A DNA stretch of 64,000 bases, from contig CM082589.2 of assembly GCA_040954595.2 (NCBI GenBank), forward strand, positions 1 to 64,000, read 5' to 3'. This DNA comes from Balanoglossus misakiensis (lineage: Eukaryota > Animalia > Hemichordata). The stretch's first letter is position 1. Every line of letters begins with the position of its first letter. Positions 37,995-50,400 of this stretch are shown here, in pieces. The notes below the pieces were generated by a model. The model saw only the letters and a list, made by a program, of their open reading frames with translations, made no database searches and was not told the origin of the DNA. Made by a program: the position numbers and the translations under genes.

Positions 37995-40482
37995 GTTATT
38001 GTATTATACTATTCCATCATCAAATATGGTTATCAGTACATGATTAAACAAAATGTATAAAAATTAATAAATTATTTCTGTTATGCATAGTACAATGAAA
38101 TCACTTGTTACATACACTTGTGAAAACAACTGGAGCAAATTATGGAAAACGAAGTCACTGTCAATGATACTAACATAAATTCACATCAGATCAATGGATC
38201 AAGAAAACATTGATGGAAACCATGATGTAATGAGAAATTGTTTACAGCATGTCTGCAAAAGGGATCTGGCAATGTTTCTAACAACGCATGTGTTTGTGTT
38301 GGAAATAAATGTATGTGTACATGCACATATTAGTATGTTACTTTGGGTAACATCTTGGTAGGGCGCCCTCTTTACGAAAAGGGCATATGGACAGACTGGG
38401 ACCACAACCCTTGTTGACTAATGGTGCTAAAAATCTGTCTGTCGTTTCAATTCTCAGCACACGTCCCTCATTACTTTTAAAATTGGAGATGATCGTAATC
38501 TTTCTTTTTTTTAAAAATTCACTTCCAACTGCCACCATTCTTCAACTTGATTACTGATAATTTTGAGCATAAGATCTCATACTTACATAACTTCAAGACT
38601 TAAAAGTGAGATTACTAGCATTCCTATTCATGACAGAGATGAAATGGGTCTTCACTGCCTGGTTTTCCTTAATATCTATGAGCACTCAGGGAATTTCAGA
38701 AGAAAAAATATGGTTTTTAAAATGCTGTGATCGATATCATCAATGGTCAAAGGTAGATAAAAAAGATACATACAGTACATAATTTGAATAAACATTCTGT
38801 GCATACATTTGCACAGAAAAGATAAATACAGAAATAAGCAGTATAATGGTTTCATTCTAAAAAGTCATGACTGAAATGAGATCACCATGCACTTTTTAGT
38901 AGAAACAAGTATTATTGTCTAGAATCAAGAGGAGACAGTTACAATGGCAAATGATGACCACAGAATTCAACACATTAATTTGTCAATTCATTAAGCAGAC
39001 AGTGCATTTTAATACATGGCTCTTAGTTCTATAGATTGTGTCATTGCTGTAAAACATCCACAATTACATTCACAAAAATTCTATAAACTTCAATAGAAAT
39101 GTTTTACTTAATAGATGTTTTAATATAACCTGGTATGTTTTTCAGTATATGATTATATTGGTAGGAACTTTTCATTTTGAAGCATAGACATTCATACCCT
39201 TAATTTGCTTTCCATGATTCCTTTCCTGATATTTTCCTTTACAAACAGGAATTGGCATCTGTACTTAATCTTGCATCCTACGTATTCGTCGCTTCCTGGT
39301 TTGAAACTAAAAAACTTCAAATGTGACATGACGTGGACCCTAAAGCTTTTGAATCATTGCCACCATTAATGTAGATAACTACTCTCTCTCCCAGACTGGT
39401 AGCTAACTTACAAAATTCAAATGATAAGTAGTCTTGTACTAAGCTTTCCAAAGAAGTACAGTAAGTATCAACTAAAACCACTGTGTAACTTAGCTGATAA
39501 AGAGTATCATCACTTCACTTCCCAATCATCAACTAAATGTTTCCATGTGGTATCAATGGAAAGCACTTTTTACAAATTCCATTCCTGATTTACAAACATT
39601 TGCAGTAAAGGTATACTTTCAGTAAAACCTTCTCTTTTATTTTAAAGATGTTTTTTTTTCACAATTGCTGATCAATATTTTGTTATTAGTTAGTTTGTTT
39701 TAAATGCAATCATTAAAATTCTGAGACATGATTATTTGAGAATATATATTTAGTGTCCTTGTGTGAAATTTAGTGATTTTTGCAGGAAGTACTCATAAAA
39801 AACATGACAAGCTACCATAAACGTGGCCAGAAGCTAAGCATAACAAAGAATCACATATAAAGATTCATCAGCAAAACAGTTCAACTGCTCTTTTAACTTC
39901 TTCAGATTCATGGGATTATTCTGAATATCAAATAAAGGTATAATAAATTCCTATATTTGTAGCCTTGAGTGACAGCTTCCTTTTAGATAATTCACACTTG
40001 GATTATCTTGATGTCAAAAAATGGAGTTATTGGCTATAAATACCCATAAATAATACATAACTTGAAATAGATTACCTAGTTACTCAACACTGGTTAAAAA
40101 CTACGTATTATAAAAATTTACAATTTATGATAACATCATTTCGGCAGTACAGATCCTGGATATTGAACTTTATTTTTCCAGCAGCTGAATTCACATGAAT
40201 TGAAGCCATGGATGGGTTTTACTAGAACCACATGTCTATTGAGCAAAAAATTCAAATTTGTATTATCATCACAAAAAGTGTAAACAAACACATTTAGTAA
40301 CAAATCTCTGTCACATTGGACAAGCTCACTATTGTATAAACACATCGGCAAACTTCTGTTGAATAATGAACCCTTTTCTTGAAGACATGATATTGGTCTC
40401 TCGAAAATTCTTTGATATACTTATTTGAGAAATAAAAATGATTACAAGAGGACAGTCTGCAACCAGCATTTCTATATGTTTG

Positions 40483-40623
40483 TTATCGGCTTATCCATCG
40501 TTGCATGGCTTCCTGCCATTGTTGTCTGTTAGCTGCTGCTGTCTCCTCATCATCTGTACGGATATAGCTTTCATCGTCATCAGTTCTTACATATTCATCA
40601 TCTGTGGTGGGTCGGTAAAATTC
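40483..40623 (-). CDS. DTNB: Dystrobrevin last coding exon
   Basis: tttcttttttgtgatag|[49 protein letters not shown]. Same repeat motif as the preceding exon, phase 0. Confidence 0.85.
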   Translation of the reverse strand, partial: EFYRPTTDDEYVRTDDDESYIRTDDEETAAANRQQWQEAMQRWISR

Positions 40624-43600
40624 CTATCACAAAAAAGAAATGTTACAATAAAGCAGTACACACCCACAAATCACACAGCCCTATGAATCCTTACACACCA
40701 CATTATCACATACATGGGCAGAATTGTTCGCCGCAGTGCCATGGTACCATGGTTTTTCATTGTTAACCATCTATAGTCTCAGTTCTCTCAGACTGCACTT
40801 GTGGGCTCTCGTCCGGCCGCCCACAGTCCGGACAAAAGTGACGCATCTTGGAAGCAATTTATTCTAAGATGACGATGCCATGTAAGCCTTATGCCAATGG
40901 CATTGTCAATTTCATATCAGTAGATTTTGTTTCAAGACTTCTTCCTGATTTGACTCTGAAGACTGATTTATGGTGGGTGCCACATGTGGGGCATGATTGC
41001 TTACTGATTCATTTCTTGGTCTTTTTGCCAGAGGCCCATATACATCCTTCTTTCACAGACTTTCTGTGTGCTTTCTGTGCTGTGTTTTGTGTTTGTCATA
41101 GCAACTGGCCATGTTGGCATGTAAATGTGAACTTTGGAATATGGATGGGTATGACTGCCATATTTTTCCATTGAATATTTGGTAAAATGTGGGTCAAGTA
41201 GATTTTCACTTGTGGTTTTAATGGTTGCACATCCATTTCCCATGCCACTTTGCAGTGCACAAATACAAATTGTGCATGGAAGATACAATTTGTTTACTTA
41301 ACATAGATGAGCGGAAGATAACATGTAGAAAAATCAATGCTGCCCAATGTTTTGAATGAGTTGACGACTGTTTGATTTACACGTTCTGGATACAACAGAC
41401 TTTCAGTATGTACTCAAGAGATGAGCTGATAAATGTTGTGAATATTTTTGTAGTCACCTTTGTTATACGCCATTTGGTTTGTGAGCATCAAGGAGCTAGA
41501 GTCAAACTGTGATAAAATCTGCACTAACTTATTTTTGGACAATTTTTGCCATCTTTGATTTGAACAAATCTTCAAAAATCATCTTATGAAATCCATGTGT
41601 CGAGTTGTTTTGGACTTTTGAGTGAAGCTCCCTCGGTTCATCATAATCAAATTTGTTGAAATTCATATGAATTTTGAATTACTTAAACGTCTTTGTTTTT
41701 AGGACAATGTTGCCGTTTTGAGTTTTGCTATAATGGAAAGTATCGACGTGGAACTATATCAGCCAGAGCTATAGTCATTCGATGATGCCATAGGTCTAAC
41801 ATCGACGTGGTGGTTGAAATTGTGAACATTATTTGAGAGACCTCCCATTTTATTAGGATACTGCGTGGTGTATGAAATAGGCAGGTAGAGGATAGAAAAT
41901 TTCTCCTTAAATGCTTGCTGCATGGAAATAGGGAAAATAGCGAGAAACCTGCATGAATGTTGGCCATGACAAGATAAAACACATTCCTGAAATGGTTGAC
42001 TGTTAGGAATGGTATGAAATAATATGAGTGACAAATCCAGTGTTGGTATCAGATCGAGTTTCAGTTCCTGTCTAGCAAAGAGACATACAATGATGGTACC
42101 ATGATGATGATGACAGACACGTAGAACAATGGGGAAAGTGGTATGAACATTCTGTTGGACACTGTGATGTGTCTATTAAGATTACAACACAAAACGCCTT
42201 GGGTAACATAGTTAATGACATGTTAGGTTTGCTTAGCAGATCAAGTTGTGGACAGTTTGCAAAGGTACAATCAGTGTTGCACCATGTACAATAGCTGTCC
42301 ATCAAAAGTATTATAAATGGAGACAGGCTGACATCAACAACAAACAAAACACAAACAAATATGATTTATTCCTTTTACTGGACATTATTACTGTGTTCAA
42401 TACCTTTTACATTGTTTAAGAAAATACCTATAACTCTCTCAGTGATCAATTATCTAGAGGACCGAGTCAGTCACATTTCACAAATTCTGAAAACTGTTGT
42501 TTTGGAAATTGTTTCTTATAATTTTCAAACTAATATATATTTAATGAGTGAATTGATAATGCTATTTAGCCACATCTTCAGACAATTTCAGGTCAGAAAT
42601 CTTTTAAGAATTCAGTGTTTATACGGAACAAATTGATTTGAGCTGAAGCAAGGGGATATTCAAATCTTTTCAATCAGAACACACACAACCAGAAATAACA
42701 AATATAGTGTACACGTTGAAAACTTTCCCCTTAATGTTTCTTGTCAGGCAAATGCAATAGAAAACTCATATTCCAATATGACTAATAACATTTAATGCAC
42801 TGAATTCGTGGATTTGTTAAACAATTGCAGTTGGATCACAAAGGTATTTGCAGATTAATAATGACCAATGCAAGGGCCCTGAACTAACCCAATATTATAT
42901 TTTACAGAAACACTGTGTAACATCACCAAAACATCACTTAAGGGCATTCTATAGAAGCGTTGTTTAACCCTAACGCTGCCAAGTCAGTATGAACTGGTTT
43001 GATTTCCAGGGTGCCTAGAATCCGGGCTCCCAGGCCTGTTAGGCTGCCAAGTGTGTGTTAATCAGTAGGGCCTATACATGACCCTCAGACCAATACAGTA
43101 CAAACCAGTACGATTTGGTACATTTTTCAGGGGGCTCAGACTGCCAAGTGTGTCTAAGTACGTATGAGAGCCATGTCAAGACAGTCAAAATACGTTTCAG
43201 AAGAACAAGTGGCAAATACGTATTTTAAGGGACTTGACACTCTAACCAGATATGACCCCCGGTAGCAATAGGGTTAAAAGAGAAAAGATAGTTAATATAA
43301 GAATGAAGACGCTGTTTAAAGAGCAAAAACAAAGGTGTTACTACTTTGATTGTATGGTGGTGAGTTCTTTCTACATATTATTTGTTATTTATAGGTTAGA
43401 GTTAGTGATCTATTCAAATTCCCATTTCATTGGACCCTTTTACTGTACACACCTTAGCTATTCAACTTTTCGACTTACCTTTTCTGTTCTTCAAATGGAC
43501 TTTTTTCCCATTCAAGCATGCACTCAAAAAAATTCTCTAATTGATATTACATGCATGTGCAGTAAAGTTCATACTTACCTTATTTTACAAACCAGCCAAA

Positions 43601-44439
43601 GGTTTGGTTACAAAGTCTACTTAAAGGGCTATGATCACTCTTATTTAAATATGCTTGTCTAAATCTTCCAATGACTGTTTGGTGGCATACTTTTTGCATG
43701 GCCACCTCCACAACAATTTTTGATTGGTGGGATTTCAACTTTCTATGGTAAATGTGGCATAGGTGGCCATATACCTTGACTAATCAACTTGTTACTGGAT
43801 GAGAACTTCTGACATATAGGACTATCTCAATAAATAACCAGTTCTCCTAATATGTTGTCTTTTTATCATAAAGACACCATGCTCCCATTTGTAACACATT
43901 TAAGAATTATTTCAAAGTAAACAAAAAAGCAAATATTATCTCCCCAAAAGCCTCACCTGTGTATCTCTGTCGAACATTTCATCATCAGTTTGACGGAGAT
44001 AATTGGATGCTTCATCATCAGTTTTCACATAACTCTCATCATCAGTGCGAATGTAGGACTCTGCATCATCTGTTGCTAGGTAACTATCATCATCTGTCCT
44101 AATGTAAGAATCAGCATCATTGGTTTGAATGCAACAAGGAAGGTGTCCACAAACAAACAAATTTGCATTGTTAGCACTAAATGCATTAAGACAGACTTTT
44201 GCATTATCAAGATAAGGGACAGAAATATAGCCGAGAAAATTAGTGTTACTGATATTTCTAGTCAGATACAGGCAAAGTACAATGCATTAATCCAATTACA
44301 CTCTTAAACAAACAGGAAGTGGTTTTCTTGTTGGGTGACACAGTGATAACACAATATGGATACAATGTACCACCACATACCTATACATACATACATACAT
44401 ACATACATACATACATACATACATACATACATACATACA

Positions 44440-44470
<31 letters not shown>

Positions 44471-47400
44471 GTATGCACACACATGCATTCGTACACGCAT
44501 GAGATATTACAAGATATGACAACACAACACATGTATCTATGCATGACCATGTATGTATGAATACATGTATGCATGTATATATGGATGCATGTATTATGAA
44601 ATAATCTTGCGTGATATGCCATATGAATGTGTTGTAAAATGTACAAGAACTATATACCCTGGGTATGGAATTCTGTAACAAACTAATTGAAAAACACAAA
44701 ATGGAAGCAAAGAGAAGCTTGGGAATGACTTGGACAAAAGCTTGATTGCTACATTTGGAGGTCTCCCTTCAGTTATACAACAAGTCAGTCTTTGCATTTG
44801 GTAGTAAACCTAGTAACCCATTTATTAGATTAAAATCCCTTGATGAAATAAATATAGAGAAGACAAAAGATATCCCTAATGAAGGGTAAGGTTATTCATT
44901 ATTACTGAAATCAATAATAGTAATGTAGAAGTAATAAAGATTTGAGATAAAACTTTTAATATAAGCATTTGCATTATCATTTCAACATTATTTGTCATTT
45001 TTTTCCTCACAAATGACACTTGAAACTGCAGACTTAATAAACAGGTAATATTCTATTCAAATGGTTACTTTTGGCTATAAAAAAATCTGTGCTTACTGGA
45101 GAGGTGTCCTGCTTTGAGAGGTGTTTGTAAATTACAGGTTTCACTGTACACATTCTGGCAGATTGGCCTCATATTTCTTTATATTTTTTTTTTTTTTTTT
45201 GGGGGGGGGGGGGCAGGGACAGGTAGACTGGTTTAGAAATCATCTCTGTGTTAATGTACTTTCAAATACAATTGTACATATACTGCAACTTCACACTATA
45301 ATCCTAAAATAATTTACAAATCAACACAAACACAACAACATTTCCAAAATGACTACTTTTTCATTTCAAACCATTCAACCAGTTTCAAACCACAATTATT
45401 TATTTCTATCATACCTATCAGTTTCCTCTTTGGTTGTTTGTGGACCTTGTTTTCTTTTCTCGATTTCCGCCAAAAATTTCTCTGTGTCAGACTGTTGGTT
45501 GTCTTGCCATTTCAATGGATCACTGGAGTCCACATTGCTTGAAACATCGCTATCTGTACAAATGCAGGGAAAAGGGTGAGAGGCCTGGAATGGAATGGTT
45601 CTCACTGTTATGTTCTTCTGCATAAAGATGTGTAAACAAACACTCTAACACAATAGTCCGCCATAAATTGTTTTACTAACTTTTCACTTTTTCTCTTCGT
45701 TCGACAGTGTCTTCTTTATCGTCTTCACCACTACTACTGCTACCATCTTCTGAAAAACAAATCAATAACACGCTAGTGTGTAATTCTTGGACTAGTGCTT
45801 GGCCTACTGATGTTTGGACAGAAATTGTTAGGACACACAAAGCCAAATTAGCTGCCCAATTTCTCATACATTTTGCCACAATAAAAAACTTCAAATGTTC
45901 TCCCTATCCTTTAGAAAACCTCAACATTAAGCCATATTACTTGTATTGGCATCAGTTTGTCATCTCTTGGCGAAACATACCACGATAGTTGTGTACTCTT
46001 TGTATGGAGACTGATTTAACAGGTTCCGCACCCATCTAATATATCACTTGTTCAAACTGCACCATACAGCCATAATAGGGCGTCGATAAGATGTTCATGT
46101 GCACCATTCAGTATGTTTATTTAGAAAGACTAATTAAAGATGGAAAGTAAAATCATGACGTGGTGGCTCTTTGGGCTATAAATGTTGCATGGCCTTAAGG
46201 TCTGGACTTATGTTGCTTAACTAGTGACGTCTCAACAATTGAGTGTTTTCTAGACATAAGGAATGGCTCCAACTCACCAGAATTGAGTTGTTTGACTAAT
46301 GATGACATTGCATTTGTAACAGAATCAGCTGCAACCAATAGGTCATTGCGTAAATTCCTGGACTGTCCTGGTCCAAATGCTTGTTTCACATCACCACCAA
46401 CTCCAGTCAGAGAATCCCCTGGTGTAGTTGGTGTTGACCGTGTTGCTGTCATAGCTGCTGTTACTGGTGGTGATTTAGCACCCATGTTGGATGGTCTGGG
46501 ACTGCTGGTAGGACTGGATTTTGGTGATCCTCCATGGCTCTAAAACGATATGATGGAAATGCTTGCATGTTCAATGCTTTACATGGTTGCCATCTGCATC
46601 CACTGTACGCCCAACTTCTAATGTTGACTATTCCCTTAGCCTTGACAATACAAACTAAGCTTTCAAGACAACATACACGCAATTTGTATCTTTTGGTAAC
46701 TGCACAGTAAATAAATGTGAAATGGTGATTCTACTGAAGCTGTAAACAATGAGGTACATGTACATGTACATGTAGTTAGCGATACACACATAACCAATTA
46801 TTAAACGAGCAATGATGGTCTTATGTGCATGTGCCAAATCAGAGACTATGGTTACAAGAATTCTATACAGTCAATGCCATAAAGCTGTGTGCCGTTCTAA
46901 CAACAGACAAGATGGCGCCGACCATAGTCTGTTTTAGAGATCAGGAAAAGACAGCAAAATGGGTGAAAAGAAGGGACAAAACTAAAGTCTACTTGTATGG
47001 TGCGCATGAAATATGGTAGGAAGTGAAGGCAGTCCACTATTTGAATGCGTTGAAAGCAAAATTTGCAGAACATTTGGATTGGACGTAATGTTGCACATGA
47101 ACATAAGACAATCATCGGTCTTATTATAAATCACGTCTTTGTACCACCTTGAGAAGTTTCATGAGGCCTTCAAGTTGCACCATCAATTCTCTTCGACTGT
47201 CTTGTAAAGCAGCCATTCTCAACTCTAACTCATCTTTACGTTGCCGCAGTAACCGCAATTCGGCTAATAATGTTGGGTTTCTCTCCATACTTGAAGTTTT
47301 CACTGCTTCTTCATGTTCCTGTCGTAATCTTTGAATTTCTCGCATGATTTCTCTAAAACAGTAAGATGAATTTCACCATTCAACTCATTTCTCTGGGAGT

Positions 47401-50400
47401 AAAAAAATTGTGATATCATACCAATCAATGTTCCCCCCTCCCATAAAAAATGGTTAAATATCATATTTTTGTGGCTAGTTGTAAAGATAAATAAAACTAA
47501 CTGTACTAAAGCGCAGTACAGACAGGTACACAGAATAAACACAGAAGAAAGTCAAATGTGAGAATGTGAATCTCTGGCAAAAGGATTAACTGCCCAAATG
47601 CAAATGTATTCGACACAGAAGTCACTGCTACAAAAAGTTATTTTGTCGATATCAATGACAACTCATACTTGTTAAAAACATACAAACCAACAAACTAGCA
47701 TACATGTAGACAATCTATCCAAAGACACAATCTGATACAACTGCATTTTAAAATATTAAACTCTACTATTTGTCAAGAGTTTACAATCCAGTTTCATAAA
47801 AGAGTTATTCAAGAACACTATAGTGCACACAGCATCAAACTGCCTGATCTGACATCCAACACACATGTATAATGAGTACAGAAACAAACAAACTGATCAA
47901 CTTAAACATTCTCACCTGTTTTTAGCCTCTAGTTTAGCAATCAGTTCTCTCTGTTCTTTGTTTCCATCTAAACTGGCAGGAATTTCATTACCATACGTTT
48001 GCTGAGAAGATAATCCAAGAAAGAGAAGTTTTCAGGGTCCTGATAACACGTATTGGTTGGAAATGTTTGGCCAGGTGCAACCCTATAACACCCGGTGACC
48101 CTTTTGTTTATATTGAGTAGAGTAGACCGTATCAGACTTTTCATAATGACAAATTACATGTAAGTAAAGATGTCCTCAGGATTCTAATTCGACATCAAGC
48201 TCTAGTGTAACGTCATTGGTTAATACTAACAAATGCATGTTGTAGCAAGAATCAATGAGCAAGGGCATATAAGAATCAAACACATGACAATGTTATTTTG
48301 TTAGCTTTTTAAGGATACAAAATAAGAAATTCACTCTGGTAATCATTGATTTTTTAAAAATCTCCTTGATCGATTTTTATAAAGGGAACTTCCAAGGCAG
48401 TAAGTGAATTATGCTGCTCTGGACGTTTTTGCGTCATAAACTTTGTATGATAGTTACGACAGCTTGCATTCACGCAAAACATACATGTATATACTACGAG
48501 GGGATTCTGAGCTCAATAATTACCAGAGAAATGTTTATTTCAAAGAGTGAATTTCTTATTATGCATCCTTCAATTCTAATGAACAGTCTTTATGATAATG
48601 AAACAGGAGCTATGTTGAGAAATGAGTCACAGCTGCGTGGAAAGTTATATGCAGCACAGCTGTGGCCAAAGTGCTTAAAAATAATGTGACACAAGGTAAT
48701 TACTGCTTGATTCACTGCCCTGCCACAGTAATATATACTTTGGACACTATCCATACCGGTATCAATGAAATACCATAAAATAGGACATTCCTTCTGACCA
48801 ATTTCTGAAGGACACTCTTAAAACCATGCAAATCAAATTCTGGCTGCCAGGGGGTCAAACAGTATTATAATAAATGCATTCTGGGTAAAAGGTTAACAGC
48901 TCACCGTAGTAAGAGATAGAATAAATAATGTCAACTGTGTTTCATGACTTCCATTGGTCAAACATTTCTGTCTTTGTAGTTAGCATGTTAAACTCATTTA
49001 ACTTTTTTCACATTTTTTGCAAACGTTTCAGAATGACCAAGCAACACATAAGCTTATGAACTTCCATTTCTTAAACATGTCAAAAATCAGCCATCTTAAA
49101 TTTGTGTCGACCATATGTGATTTTCATCACTCACCTACGTAGCAAAAACCTTTTAAGGTAGTGAGAATTGTAATGCGATTTGAAGAGGCAGCTTTTGGAG
49201 AAATAGAGCTTTGTCACGAAAATGGCCCAAACTGCCCAAAATACCATATTGATATTGTCTGAGCAATGGTTTCATATTGAAGCACAGGTGGTACACGTAT
49301 GGATAGCTGGAGCACAGGTCAAGTTAAAGTTCCCCCTGACTATGTCCACAGGGAACAAATAGCTTAGCTCCATAAGTGTGATATACATTAATCCATGTGT
49401 AACATGAAATGTAACATACGGGGTAATGATAAAATGGCAGTGCAATCATATATTAAACTTGGATAGGTATATTAAGAGCTCTTTTGGTTTCCATGTCTTA
49501 GCACAAGATTCAATTTGAATACAAAGATTTTATTGAAATGTTAGGTGTACACTATATAGCAACATAGTTGGTGTATTTATGAAACACTAAGATGTTGGCA
49601 TGAGTGATACTGTAATATTGTGTGATCAAGTAATAACGTGATATACACTGTCTACTCAACTTACAGTCAAGGGTGAGGGAACCTGCAGATCAAAACTAAG
49701 TGAGTCAACACTAGAATCACCGTCTGTTGTCTAGAATCAAAAGTGTGACATTGGGAAATAAGATTAAATAATATAACAAAAATTAAATGTGCAAAATATG
49801 CATTCACAATCACACAATGACTTATTATATAAAGAAAGAAAAAGACAGATAGACAGAGAAAGTGTGAATTTAAGTAATACATCAGTTGAAAATTAGCAAA
49901 AACGTTTTGAGAACCAGGGAGAACTTGAATCTTGTCATTGACTATACTTAATTGCCAATGGTCACCTTATCAGGTATTGTTTAGGCAAACCAAAATGTTT
50001 TCAGCAAGTGACCCAAGGAAACCAAATAACATTTTCAGTGAGCAGTTTAGTATAATTATAGAGTGATAAGATTGAAGGGAACAGGAAGTTATCAAATAAA
50101 TGTTGCTGTATAAGAAAACTTTCACAATTATTTCCAAGTCTTTTTACACAACTTTTATATATATCTGAATGTCTATACTTTCTTTCTGACAGAATTGGGG
50201 ATGAGGTGAGGAAGAGCTAAAAGAAAAGTCAATCAGAAGTTGGAAAGACATAAATAAATAAAGAAATGATAGAATCATTGCAAAGTGAAAAAAATTAAAT
50301 ATTTAAATTACAAAAAAGTAGTGAAACAAAAACATTTATAAAATTGAAATATTTTCTGTCAATATGCTTAGTAGTAATAATAAAAATGGCACAAATGTTG

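Noticed and set aside
49125-49150. Recursive splice site motif ttttgctacgtag|GTGAGT (minus)
   Set aside because: The host intron is only ~2.4 kb and the motif lies in repeat-like sequence. No support without RNA data.
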